Shown: piece by piece, positions 27,801 through 40,465 of the stretch
How positions within the stretch are numbered: position 1 is the stretch's first letter
Layout: each line of letters begins with the position of its first letter
From: Vicugna vicugna
Taxonomy: Eukaryota
Assembly (NCBI GenBank): GCA_013265495.1
Contig: MU057989.1
Coordinates: forward strand, 186,001-250,000
Length of the DNA stretch: 64,000 nucleotides
Reading direction: 5' to 3'
Made by a program: the position numbers and the translations under genes
Notes under the pieces: generated by a model
What the model was told of the DNA's origin: nothing
Databases searched by the model: none
The model's input: only the letters and a program-made list of their open reading frames with translations

Positions 27801-30772
27801 GTAGGCCATCCAGTTCCCTCTGAAGCTCCTGCTCAGTCTGGGAGGCCTGGGGGGTGGGGGGAGGCAGTGGAGTCATCAGCCGGCCCCAGTCTGAACAACA
27901 AGCCCAGCGCACCCACCCCAACCAGGACCCAGGCATCTGCCCTCTCCTTGCCCAAGGACCTGGGGTCAGGGCTGTCCCACCTGGGCCAGCTGCTGACTGA
28001 GCCGGAGGTTCTGTTCGCTGAGTTCACTGAGGGCCCGCACCCGCTCACGCCCGCTGTCCTGCTGCTCTGAACGCTGCTCCCCAAGCTGGGCCCGAAGGGC
28101 CTCCACGTCCCCTTCCAGCTCCACAGCCCTGGCCTCCCACTCAGCTCCCCGTGCTGCCAGGCCCCGGCGGAGCTCATGGTTCTCCTGCTGCAGCTGCTGT
28201 GGGGGCCGAGACAGAGGGTCAGAGACAGAAGAGGAGAGGTGAGACTGGAGCAGACACAGAGAGACTGAGATGGAGAGACAGAGACCCAAAGAGAGGGGTC
28301 TGGGGCAGGCATGAGACAGGAGAGTGCTGGGGAGGAAGTGGGCAGAGAGAGCAAGACTCAGGCTCAGGCAGTAGGAGAAGGGGGGGAGTGGTAGAGAGAA
28401 GTTGCCAGGAGGGTCTGACCCTGGGCCAGATGGGGTGGGGCCACTTGGATGCCCACTCACCTCTGGTTGCCGCCTGGGCTTCTGGACCCGAGGCCGCAGG
28501 CACCGTTTCTGACGCCTGAGTCTGGCAGAATTTAAGCCTCGGCCCATGGCCCCACGCACCTGTGTTCCAGGGGCTCTGAAGCTTCAGCCTCTGCTCAGCC
28601 CCTCTTCCCCAGCTCCCACCGGCCAGCTCCCTCTAATTAACCCTGCTCAGCCCCACCCTGGCCCCACGCCTCTGCCTGCCCTCCCCAAAACCTGTCTAAC
28701 CAGCAGGGGGACGCTCCTGGCACACCCAGATGCCCAGCCTGGGAAGGCGGGCAAGCCAGGGGGCCAGCCTCTGCCCCCTACTCTATGGACTCACAAAACA
28801 GGAAGACGATGCTAACCACAGCTGTTCCAAGTATTAGCAGGTGCTCCTGCAGGGTCCTAGGCTAGCGCATTAGCTGTATTGTTTTATTTACTCTCTTTGA
28901 GTTAGAATCCTTAACGTCCTCATTTTACAGATGAGAAAACTGGCCTCAGAGAGGTCACATGTCTTGCCCAAGGACACACAGTGAGTTAGTGGAGCTGGGA
29001 TTCTAACCCAGGCAGCCAAGCCCCTAACTGAATACTGCGGGGGCAATATAACTAGGATTAAGCCCACAGGTTCGGGGTCTGATTATCCTGGCCAGTGCCC
29101 AGCTCTGCTGCTGCTTTGTGGTTAGGAAAGTCTCCTAATATCTCCAAGTCCCATCCATCCATCCATCCATCCATCCCATGTTTCCTGAGCCCCCCTGTTT
29201 TGGAGTCTGGCTGTCAGCAGTAAGCGAGACCACCAAGTTGTGTCTCAAGCAGCTTAGAGTCCAGAGGGTCACAGGCAAATGGACACATTCTTGAACCAGG
29301 TAGTTTCGGAGGGGGAACATTAAGGGCTATAAAGAGACTCTGAGAAGTGATAAAGAGCAGTGGGTGAGGGCTCCTTCAGGAGGAAGTAATGCCTAAATTG
29401 ACTCCTGCAGGGCAAGAAGGAAGAGGGCCACAGCAAGGGACTTCACGTGCAAAGGCCCTGAGGCAACAAGCTTGGGTTACTCAAGGAAGTGAAAAAAGGA
29501 CCCTTCAGAGGAGGAGCTGTGCGGCTGAGATGAGGTCAGGGAGGTGACATGGGATGTTTAGGGATGTGGGGAAGAGTTTCAGTTTCATTCTAAATGTGAG
29601 GCGAGCCACTGGGAGATTCTGGGCAAGGACTGAAATGATCTGACTTTGAATTTTTGAAGATCCCTCTGGCTGCCGTGCGGAGAAAGGGCTCCAGGGAGCA
29701 AGACTGGAAGCTGGGGGCCAGTGAGGAGGCGGCTGCAGTGTCTGTGGCAGAGACGATGAGGCTACGGCCTGCTTGGAGAGACAATGAGAAGTGGGGAGAC
29801 TCGAACTCTAGTTTTGCAGAAGAATCAGCAGGGCTTGTCGATGTGGAAGGAGAGAGGTCACGGGGACTCAGGTCCTGCAGTAGGAAGCTGGGATGGGGAC
29901 GGCAAGTGATGGGTCATGGAATCCAGTGCCACTTATGTTGAGATGCCCAATCTGGCCAGGTGGAGAGGGTGTGGGGCTGACGATGTGGATACAGGAGTCA
30001 GTGGTGTCCAGGGCATTTAGGGGGCCAGATGTGACCGCCAGGGTGAGAGGGTGGCTGACAACAGCCTGGGCAGAGAGAACTTTTTGTATCTCAGAATTGG
30101 GTAAGAATTGACTGAAGTGATGGGTGGAAAGTGCCTAGCCCAGAGCCAGACAGGGAGGGGGCACCCAGGAACTGAGCCAAGCAAGGAGGGGGCGCCCCGG
30201 AAATGTTGGCTGGGATTACTGCTGAGGAACCAGACCCAAGATTCAGAGAGGACCAGCAGCTTTCCTACAGCCACACAGCCAGGCGGGGATCTGAACCCAG
30301 GTCCTGACTTGTCCTCAGTGCCCATATTCTTAACCAGTGGACAATATGACCAGGGGTGTGTGTGAGGAATGGTCCCAGCCCTGAACTGCTGTTCAGGGGT
30401 CTCCCCCTGCCCAGCTTTCCTCCCCACCCCCACCTGGTCCCTGCCACCTGTCCCCCATCTGCCCACGCCTGCCCTCTGCTGCCAGCTCACTTCCTCACGC
30501 TCAGAGTGCTGGGCATTCAGCACCTCCAGCTGCCGCTGCAGCTCCTCATTGCGCTCCAGGAGCATCTTGCCAAGCTCGGCGGCCAGCAGCAGGTCTTTCT
30601 CCTTCTGCTGCAGCTGCAGGGCCAGGTCCTCAGGCTCCTCAGGCCCTGCGCCCCCTCCTAGGAATGAGTCCCGCCGCTCGAGCACGAAGGGGTAGAAGCC
30701 CTCATCGCCGCTGGGGGAGGCGCCCCCAGAGAGCAACCCCGACGGGAAGCTTGGCCCTTCTGGGGAACTCAT
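24819..30772 (-). CDS. BICDL2: BICD family-like cargo adaptor 2 (CCDC64B/BICDR2), ~505-515 aa
   Basis: Coding exons 30772-30491, 28196-27981, 27846-27730, 27623-27477, 26491-26297 (or 26267), 26179-26030, 25580-25453, 25194-25074, 24980-24819. CC1 box [13 protein letters not shown]; coiled coil; C-terminal [14 protein letters not shown]…FRRT. Confidence 0.93.
27155..27293 (-). mobile_element. tRNA-derived SINE (Vic-1-like)
   Basis: Reverse-complement consensus. ccaggctctgattct occurs on both flanks (~27141 and ~27296), consistent with a target-site duplication. Confidence 0.8.
29150..29176. repeat. (CCAT)n microsatellite
   Basis: Direct reading. Confidence 0.9.
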
Positions 30773-32117
30773 GGTGCCTGCAGCGTCTGTAGGGACAGGT
30801 AGGTCTGTGGGGAGACGTAGTTGCAGGACCCTCTACTCAGCAGCCCAGCGGGGTTCACCCCCACTGGCCAAGATGTGGCTCTCCTGCAATTCTTCCCCTG
30901 CCCACTGGCCCTCTCAGTCCTGCCACTAGTGCTTCCCTGGGCCATGAAGGGTTAATGATCTATGTCTTGGCCACCCAGCTCCGTTAATGTCTCCAAGGTA
31001 AACTGAGGCAGGAGGAAGCAGGAAGGGAGCTGCCCAGCCTTCTGCCCCTGGCAGACATTTCCTGCCCCAGGAAACCGTTGTCCCAGTGCTCCAGAACCCC
31101 AGGCCACCCCACCAACTGACCCTGCCCCCTCTTCCCAGAACCCAGCTGCTCTGGCTCCCAGTCCCTCACCAGCTGGGAAACTCTTCCCAGAACCCAGGTT
31201 CTTGAGACTCAGGACTCAGGGATAAGTCCAGCCCCTTCTCCCCAGTATCCAGGGCCATGGGAACTTAGGTGTCCTGAGCCCTTAACCCCCAGAAATCCAG
31301 CCCCTTCCTCTTCTTCCAGAAGCCAGGCCCAGGTTCCCAGTTCCTGGAGACCCAGATGCTCTCATACCAGCCCCCTTGTCCTCCTGGCCCTTGTTCTCCT
31401 GATGTCCTATGTCCCCACCCCTCGGAACTCAGGTGCCCAGGCCCCCAGCCCCCCAGGTTCCCAGGCCACGGGCGGGAGAGGTAACAGGTTGTGCCGGCAC
31501 TGCTGCCCTGCCACACCAGGTTTCTGTTTACTCCCCTCCCGGCCCTGGGGACGGGAGCCTTGTGGCGCTCCCCTAGGGCTGCCAGGGCCTGGCAGTTCAG
31601 GGGCTCTGGGCTCAGGAGGGCAGGGATGCCAGGGGCTTCCCTGCTATGTTCCCTCCTCCAGCCCTTCTGAGGTTCCCCACCCCCTAAACACACAAACACA
31701 CACACCTGTCTCTTCCTCTCCTCCCCTTGCCGGGTGTCCAGCCCCAGGCCTACCTGTGGGACCCAGGTGTTAGCGGTAGTCCTAGCCCAGCCGCCCACAG
31801 GCTGGACGGGGGTGGGGGTGGGGGTCCCCCTAACGTGGCCTCCGCGGCCCATCCCAGCTCTGGGATTCAGAGCATCCCTTCTCCTTGCCTCTCCCCTCAC
31901 CGAGCTACCATTAGTAAATGGTGCCCAGGCGTCAGGGCCCCCAGCCCCTTGACCCCCAACCCTAGGCATCGGAAACCCAGCTACCTCCTTACTTCCTGCC
32001 GGCGTCCCCCATTTCCTGGTCCCAAGAGCCAGGCCCGGCCTCTCCAGCCCCGCGCCATCCTCCCGCTCCAGCTCGCCCCGGCCTGAACTCGAAGGGCCCC
32101 GGTCCCTAGGCTCTCAC

Positions 32118-32260
32118 CCGACGACGCCCGGCTCCCTCCGAGGTCCCCGCGGTCCCGATCCCCTCTTCCGGAGGCGGTGCCAGGTGCAAGGCGCACAGGT
32201 GAGGGGGCGGTGCCACGGGCAGGGCTGGGGCGCCCCCTGGTGGCCGGAATGGCCAGGTGG
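32118..32260 (-). promoter_or_regulatory. BICDL2: Probable BICDL2 non-coding first exon/promoter with CTCF motif
   Basis: CpG-rich; minus-strand donor G|GTGAGA at 32117; GCGCCCCCTGGTGGCC at 32230-32245. Confidence 0.55.
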
Positions 32261-34705
32261 GGCTTAAAGAAAGTCGCCTCCACCCAGGTCAGAGACAGTG
32301 ACCCATCTTACTGCCATGGGAAAACAACAGCGCCCATTAACTGAGCACCCACTGTATGCGGACCGCACGTTGAGCATAGACTTCCTCTCCTTTTCCCTCA
32401 GAACTTCCCTGTGGGTTAGGAAATTATTAACAATAACAACAAACCTAACACACATTAAGCACTCTGCCAACTAAGCTATTTTATAGGCATAACTTGTTTA
32501 CTTTCAAGACATATTAATGAAGCAAGAACTACTATCATCCCCATTTTCCAGGTGAGGAAACAGAAGCCCGGGGGGATCTAACTTGCTTCGGGTCAAATGG
32601 ACAGAACTTGAATGTGAGTGTCAGAAATGTGACTTCAGGGTGTGTGCTCTTATACTGATTCCTGGGCTGCAGGTGAGAACAGCTAAAGTGATTTGCCCAT
32701 AGCCACATCTTAGCCTGTGTGCTGACTCCCAGCTTGACCCTCTCAGTTCCCAGGCTGTGCAGAGTCAGGGGCAGAGCACTCGGTGTGGAGATTGGGAGGA
32801 TCCAGGGCTGGATGCTGGTGTTTAAACAGCCTAGTGCAGCCTGGGCATGATGCCACCGCCATGGCCTGGTGGCTTGCCAGGAGTCTCCTCAGACTTCCAG
32901 AGCTCCCTGGGTCCCTGTGAAAGGGGCTCCTGGCCTGGTGAGGAGGGATGAATGGAGGGCTGGGAGCTGCGGTGAGCTGGTAACTATTTAACGACAGGCT
33001 CTCTGGGGGCAAAGAAAGCCCTGATTTGTTGCTTTTGACAATTTGTGGGGTGTAAATACTCCCACCAATGCTAATTTCAAGCTACGGACATGACATCCTT
33101 GAATGTGGGGACGGGCAGAGATGTGCATAATCAGTTTTTGCCAGCCACTTACCAGCTGGGTCCCCTGCATCTGTGGCTTGGGGGGTCAGGACTTCTGAGT
33201 GTTGGAGGACTGAGGACCTATCTGGCTGGGCCCTAGAAATAGAAAAGGAAAATGGGAGCTGGGACTCCTGACTTGTGGGAAAATGGATGCAAGAATTCTT
33301 TGGAGGAGTGGTTCAGGGGCTGGGACCCCTGGATCCTGGACTAGGCCCAGGTTTCCTGCCAGCACAGAGCAGAAGTACCAATTTCATTTTAAAGGGGTCT
33401 GAGGGGTGTGTTGCCCGGCAAGGCCACTGTGTTCTCCCGCGGCATCTGTGGGAACAGCCTGATGGACTTTGAAGGACTGGAGACATCCCTGGTGCTGCCA
33501 CCTGATTTCCTCCAAATGCCAGGATCACCCCAGGCTCCTCCTGTACCACACCCAGCACACCTTCCTGAGCCCCCCTCCTGCCAGGCAGGGGCTGGGCTCA
33601 CCTGGAGATGAAGTGGTCAAGGCCCTACTCCCAGGAGGTCCACAGTCCACCCAGGAGGTAGGAGGAGGTATAGACCTACAAAACAGAAAGGAACCAATAA
33701 AACGATATAGCTAAGAGCTTGGTTCACAGATGTTGGCATCCCATGGCTTCAGTCCAAATTCCAGTTTGGCCACATATGGGCTATGTGTGCCTGTTTCATT
33801 CAGCTGACCTCTGCAGCCCTCAGTTTCTCCATTTGTAAAATGGGGTGATAAGTTTCCAGCTTATGCAGTTGTGAGAATTAAATGGTGAAGTACCAGCACT
33901 TAGTCTGTGCTAGTGATCCTGAGCAGGACCATAAGAAGTGACTCACCACACATATTACAATGTACTTCATCCTCACAGCAATCCTATGAGGGCATACCAG
34001 TCACAGACATGTGACCAGCTCAGGGAGATAGAGTGATTTGTCTGTGGCTCTATGGCCGATCCCTCGTCCTTGTTTGCCTGGCTCCCAGCCCCAGTCATTC
34101 TTTGTTTGAATCTGGTCTCCAGCCTCCTCTGGACCCAGGAGTCCAGCCCTTTCCCTGCCCCCCAGCTCCCCTCCCCCAGCCTCCCTGCTGATCCTAGAGG
34201 AAGATGGATATGTCGCCCCGGGGAAGCCTGAGGGGTGCTGTCCTGATAAGAGAGAGGATGAAAACTCAGTTCTCTCCTTCTCTCCAGCCAGCCTCCAAGC
34301 AAGCCAACTTCCTGGAGCCTCCAAGTGCATGCTCAGCCCTGAATGCTCTCCCCCACCTCCCAACCCTCTGGTGAGCCCCTAGAATTCCAAGTCTTGGCAT
34401 CTCCTCCCTGGGCAAGACTCCACAGGCCTCACAAGGACTTGGGCAGTCTGTGATGAGCATCGGAAGCCAGCAGAATGCCCCCACTGCCCTCCCTGCCCCC
34501 TCCATAGAGGCAACCCGGGGAGTGGCGTGCTTCCAGACCAAGGCACCTCCAGGCTTTTACGATGTATGCAAAGTCTATGAACAATAGGTAGTATTGTTTG
34601 AGGGTGTTTAAAACCTTCATACAAAATATTTTACTGAATATACTGTTCTGTAGCTTGCTTTTTTGCTGATATTGCCAATTTTTTCCCAACTGAAAAAAAA
34701 CTAGG

Positions 34706-34830
34706 TGGGAGGAAGGTACAGCTCAGTGGTAGAGTGCGTGCTTAGCATGCTCGAGGTCCTGGGTTCCATCCCCAGTGCTTCCATTAAAGTAAATAAGTAA
34801 TTACCTAATCCCTCTCCCAACCCCAAACAA
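34706..34830 (+). mobile_element. tRNA-derived SINE (Vic-1-like)
   Basis: ggtacagctcagtggtagagtgcgtgcttagcatgc…gggttccatccccag. Confidence 0.8.
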
Positions 34831-34849
34831 CCCTTGGCTTTATTGAGGT

Positions 34850-35316
34850 AGGTATTCCTTCCCAAGGCCATCACAAATTACCAGCAACTGGATGACTTAA
34901 ATGACTGAAATTTATTGTCTCATAGTTCTGGAGGCCGGAAGTCTGAAATCAAGGTGGGGGCCGGGTTGGTTCCTTCTGGAGCCTCTGATGGTAACAGCTC
35001 TCCCATCCTGATCTTCTACTTCCTTAATGCTCCTTGGACTGAAGCTGCGTCACTCCAATCTCTGCCTCCATCTTCACATGGCCTTCCCCCTCTGGGGCTT
35101 CTCTGTGTCCCCGAGTCTCATCTCTGTCTCTCCTGTCTCTTCTAAGGACCAGTCATTGGTTTTAGGGCCCAAACTAAACCCAGGATGATCTCATCTTGAA
35201 ATCTTCAACTTACTTTCAGCTGCAAAGATCCAATTTCCAAATAATGTCCCATTCTCAGGGATGGGAGGTTAGGGCTTGGACTTACCCTTTTGGGGGACAC
35301 AATTTGACCCATCACA
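34850..35316 (-). mobile_element. MLT1 (MaLR) LTR
   Basis: Same motif series as 8256-8695 (gaaatttattgtctcatagttctggaggccggaagtctgaaatcaaggtg…ggatgatctcatcttgaaatc). Confidence 0.75.
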
Positions 35317-35349
35317 AGGAATAATTCATACATAAGAAAATTCACCATT

Positions 35350-35813
35350 TTTCTTCCTTTTAAAAGAAATTGATATATAGTCAGTATACAACATTGCGTT
35401 AATTTCTGGCGTACAACATATTGATTCAGTTATACATATTTTTATTCTTTTTTTGCTTTCTCATTATGGGCTATTATAAGATATTGAATATAGCTCCCTG
35501 TGCTATACAATAGGACCTTGTTGTTTATCTCTTTTATATATAGTATTATCTGCAAATCCTGAACTCCCAATTTATCCCTCCACCCTCCCTTTCCCCGCCG
35601 GTAACCATAAATTTGTCTTTTATGTCTGTGAGTCTGTTTCTGTTTTGTAAATAAGGTCATTTGTGTCATTTTTTTCAGATTCCACATGTAAGTGATATAT
35701 GGTATTTTTCTTTCTCTTTCTGGCTTACTTCACTTAGTATGAAAATCTCCAGGTCCATACGTGTTGCTGCAAATGGCATTATTTTATTCTTTTTTGTGGC
35801 TGAATAGTATTCC

Positions 35814-35860
<47 letters not shown>

Positions 35861-36350
35861 TCCATATCTTCTTTATCCATTCATCTGTCGATGGACATTT
35901 AGGTCGCTTCCATGTCTTGGCTATTGTAAGTAATGCTGCTGTGAACATTGGGGTGCATGTATCTTTTCGAATTAGTTTCCTCCAGATATACGCCCAAGAA
36001 TGGGATTGCTGGATCATACGGAAAGTCTATTTTTAGGTTTTTAAGAAATCACCATACTGTTTTCCATAGTGGCTGCACCAAACTACATTCCCAACAAAAA
36101 TGTAGGAGGGTTCCCTTTTCTCCATACCTTCTCTGGCGCTTATCATTTGTGGACTTCTGAATGATGGCCGTTCTGACTGGTGTGAGATGAGTGTAGTTTT
36201 GATTTGCATTTCTCTGATAAGTAGTGACAATGAGCATTTTTTCATGTGCCTATTGGCCATCTGTAGGTCTTCACTGGAGAAATGTTTCTTTAGGTCTTCT
36301 GCCCATTTTTGGATAGGGTTGTTTGTTTTTTTATTATTGAGTTGTGAGAT
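35350..36350 (-). mobile_element. LINE-1 3' fragment (end of ORF2 and 3'UTR) with internal (TG)n
   Basis: Minus-strand peptides [32 protein letters not shown] and [18 protein letters not shown] are the L1 ORF2 C-terminus. (TG)n at ~35816-35853. Confidence 0.9.
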
Positions 36351-37214
36351 TCACCAATTTGATAATATTTTGATAAATATGTGCAACAAACTGCCACCAC
36401 AATCATGATATAGAACACTTCCGTCACCCCCAAAATTCCCTTGCTTATTTGCAGTCCCTCTTCTCCTCCTGGAAACCACTGATCTCCTTTCTGTCATCAT
36501 TTCTTTGCCTGTTCCAGGAGGATCTCTAAATGGAATCATGTATGATATGTCATCTTTTGTGCCTGACTGCTTGGATTCAGCGTCAAGCTGCTGAGATTTA
36601 CCCACGTTGTACATATCAGTGGAATCAAAAGGGTGGAGAATTTTCAAACCTAGAGGAAAGTTGCAGGGTAACATAACGTATACCCTCCACTTAGGCTTAC
36701 AGTGGTGGACGTTCTGTTACATTTGCTTTCTCTCTCTCTCTCAGGTGACACACACTCGCACACATTTTGCTAGACCTTTGGCTACTTCCGCTTGCATCTC
36801 CTGAGCACACAGGGATTCCGCTACATAACCCTGCACCGTTATCACATGTAATCAACTGAACATTTCTCTTTAGTCTCCTTTCATCTAAAATACTCCCCCT
36901 GTCTTCTTATGTGTCTTTCAGGACATTGACTTTTGGGGGGAAGAATCCAAGCAGCTGTTTCCCCAAATGTTTCTGAGACTTATCCAGGATGGTGTATTTA
37001 GATTTAGTTTATTCTTAACAGCTGTATGGTATTTCATCCAAAGTTATGCCCCAATTTCTCTACTCTCCAATCATTGAACACTGAGTCTTTTGGCTCTTCT
37101 TCAGTGCTATAAACAATGTTCTAATGCACATCCTTGTACGCAGATCTCCGTGGACACTTGGGTGGAAATTTTATGCTGTTGTCTACTTAGAGGTAGAATC
37201 AGTGTGGGGAGGTG

Positions 37215-37715
37215 TTCCAGCGAGCTCTTGCTGAGTAATAACTGTCTCAACAATTTAGAAGCTTGAAACAACAATTTGGTTTTTTCTCTGACAGTTCTGA
37301 GGGTCGACTGGGTTCTGCCAGGATCTCAGGTAATATGGTGATCAGGGCTGGAGTTATGAGATGATTTCTTTGCTCCTACATCTGGGCTGGATGGCTGGCT
37401 CAGCTGGGGCCGGATTTCTTTCTTCACACAGCTTCTGCACATGGTTGCATGGATTTCCTCACAGTATGGCCATCTATCCCGGACTTCTTACGTGGAAGCT
37501 AACTTCCCCCAAAATGTGGTTCCAAGGGGCCTGGGAAGAAGCTGCCAGGCTTCTTAAGACTATGTCTTGAGGTTTCCAGAACCATCACTCCCACAGCATT
37601 CTACTGGTCAGGCAAGCCACTGAGGTCGGCCCAGTTTCAAGGGGAAAGGAGGATATCCTGTCACTCAACGAGAGAAGTAGAAAAGAATTTGCAACCATCT
37701 TTTCTCTATCACAGA
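37215..37715 (-). mobile_element. Old MLT1-type LTR fragment
   Basis: gcttgaaacaacaatt…cagttctgagggtc…gaagctgccaggcttcttaagac…cattctactggtcaggcaagcc pattern. Confidence 0.55.
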
Positions 37716-37959
37716 GGTTATGCTCATCAGCTTTATTAAATATCGCTAAACTGATCTCTAAAGGGTAAGTGTTAATTTACACTCTGGAATAAAAAGTCCA
37801 ACTCCACTTGAAAAATTTTTATTTAAAAAATTTTATTTTTTTGATTCAAGTTTAGTTAATTTACAATGTTAGTTTCATATGTACAGCAAAGTGATTCAGT
37901 TATACATATACATACATATATATATATATCTTTTAGATTCTTTTCCATTATATGTAATT

Positions 37960-38100
37960 TATTTATTTATTTATTTATTTTTGGTGGAGGAGGTAATTAG
38001 GTTCATTTATTTATTTATATTTAGAGGAGATACTGGGGATTGAACCCAGGACCTCGTGCATGCTAGGCAGGCTCTCTACCACTTGAGCGATATCTTCCCC
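37960..38100 (-). mobile_element. tRNA-derived SINE (Vic-1-like), inserted in L1 3'-end sequence
   Basis: Reverse-complement consensus; flanks repeat ccattatatgt. Confidence 0.75.
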
Positions 38101-39469
38101 TCTCCATTATATGTTAATACAAGAAGCTGAATACAGTTCCCTGTGCTATAAAGTTAGGTTCTTGTTGTTTATCTGTTTTATTTAGAGTAAATAGATATTC
38201 TACATAATATCTATAAACTGTAATATCTATGAACTATAATATCTATCCTGTAATATCTATAAAATCCATTTTTGATGTTTACTGACAGCTTGAAAGCCCC
38301 AGGCTTCCCTCTTCCCTTGTAGCCCACATCTGGGCAAGCTGATAGGAAGGCCCCGATGCTCTCTCCCTTGCACAGGAGGGGAATTTCATTCAGGAAAGCC
38401 CTGGCCAGTGCGGAGGGGCCTCAGCTCAGCCTCACCCGCTAACGCCCGGGAAAGCCCCTCCTTGCTCTCTCAAGCCATCTCAGATCTGCTTGAGAACCTG
38501 CCCTGCTCTCCTCAGAAGGCCTCATTATATGAGTCATCAATTCCATCTTATGCTCTTAGTGTGTGTGGTCTCATCGGCCTCCACATCTGACCCAGATTTT
38601 GGGTGAAGGGTTGATCCTTCACAGAGCAATCATGAAACGTACTCTGATCAGATCAGCAGAGCATCAATTTCATCTGGCCCACACCTGGCCAATATGTGAC
38701 ATCATCAGATTTTTTTATTTTTTGCTAATCTGATGACAAACATGGTGTGACATAATAGAAAAATTGTATATTGGTCTCTGCCTTCAGTTCCTGGTACAAA
38801 GTCCCTCAATCCTTGTAAATAGGGATGCTAGGAGAAGTGAGGCGTTCGTTAAGTTGGTGTTAGTGAAATGGGATTTGCTAGAACTCATAACATGTGGTTT
38901 TGGGGAGAGAAAGGATAAGAGGGCAGGGGATGTAGAGATTTTGATTCCTGGTGGCCACATGGTCCCCCCTGGCCTGGAGAAGCAGCTGTGATGTACTCAA
39001 GTTACTAAAGGTAAAATTAGCAATGGAATTTAGACATGAATCCAGCTCCCAGGGAGTCAGTTTAGTGAAGACATAAGGAAATGAAAACTGATGAGAAAGA
39101 AGCAAAATGTTCAATCTGTTGGTTACTATTATCCGTAATAGCTAAAATGAAATTCAAAGAGAGTGCTGGCTTGAAACTTGAGACTGGTCAGATTTCAGTG
39201 AGTCTGAGCTTAGGTCACTAGTCTAAAGCCTCCCTCCAAGGGAAAAGTTATGCAGAAACAACTGTAATTATCTCTAAGCCCTCAGATCACCAAAAATTTG
39301 TCAAGGTGGGGGAAGGACAAAACCAAGAAACTGCTGAAAGCAGGGGACAGTGTGGAGTTTTTCACTTTGCGAATCGTTATCTTCGCCTTCTTGAGGACCC
39401 TTTGCTGAAAGGGATGGTGAGAGTAACTAACTTGGGGGCTGTTCTTCGGCTTTGTTTGTTTTGTCTTTT

Positions 39470-39494
39470 TTTGGTGGGGGGTAGTAATTAGGTT

Positions 39495-39537
<43 letters not shown>

Positions 39538-39620
39538 TAACGGAGGTCCTGGGGATTGAACCCAGGACCTCGTGCACGCTAAGCACACGCTCTACCACTG
39601 AGCTGTACCTTCCCTCCTCC
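39470..39620 (-). mobile_element. tRNA-derived SINE (Vic-1-like) with (TTTA)n tail
   Basis: Reverse-complement consensus; (ttta)n at ~39497-39538. Confidence 0.8.
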
Positions 39621-40344
39621 ACACTGTTCTTTGGTTTTGAATCTGCAGAGCAGAAGAGCATGTTTGGGTTGATTCAGGACCCACAGCTCAGTATGAAGTG
39701 ATCATAGATGGTTATACCCTGTCCAGACACACAGGAAGTTATGCCCAAGGGAACAGCCAGCCTACTAGCCTAGATAAAAGCCACTGTCAGGTCCGATTAC
39801 CCTGAGAATAAGAACTATCTGTCTCCCCCAATAAATTTCAAGTAGAACACTCCAGATGAAGGGGCCGGTAACTCTGGATGCAGGCCACCTGAGACTGGCT
39901 TCAAAGTGTCCTAGATATTCGCCTACTGAATACACTCCTTACCCAGGTTATAATAAAGGCTGGAGGGGCGATGGTTTGCCTACATACCCAGATAACCTTA
40001 CAGCTGCAAAACTGAGGGACATTTTAGGAAGCCTTATGAATTTGCTGTCTCAGATGTCCCTCATGGGTCTTACTTTAAAAAAAAAAGTTAATTAACAAGA
40101 AAATGGGGAAAGGCAGAGGAGAAAAATTGAGACAGGAGACAGGTTTTGGTAGGGTGGAAATTTTTAAAGGGTTATTAAGAAATAAGGTGAATAAAGTGAA
40201 TACTGATGGAAGTGAAACAAAGAGGAAAAAGAAAGGGGAGGATCACGGGGCACGTACCAGCAGGGTGGAAAATGGGATGAATAAAACGGATGTTGATGGA
40301 GTACAAATGAAGGGTTTTTTTCTTTGGATGCTTTTTTGTAAATT

Positions 40345-40465
40345 TTTTTGGGGAATAGGTAATTAGGTTCATTTATTTGTTTGAGTAATGGAGGTACTGA
40401 GGATTGAACCCAGAATCTCATGCATGCTAAGCATGTGCTCTACCACTGAGCTATACCCTCTCCTC
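40345..40465 (-). mobile_element. tRNA-derived SINE (Vic-1-like)
   Basis: ggaggtactgaggattgaaccc…ctaccactgagctataccc. Confidence 0.8.
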
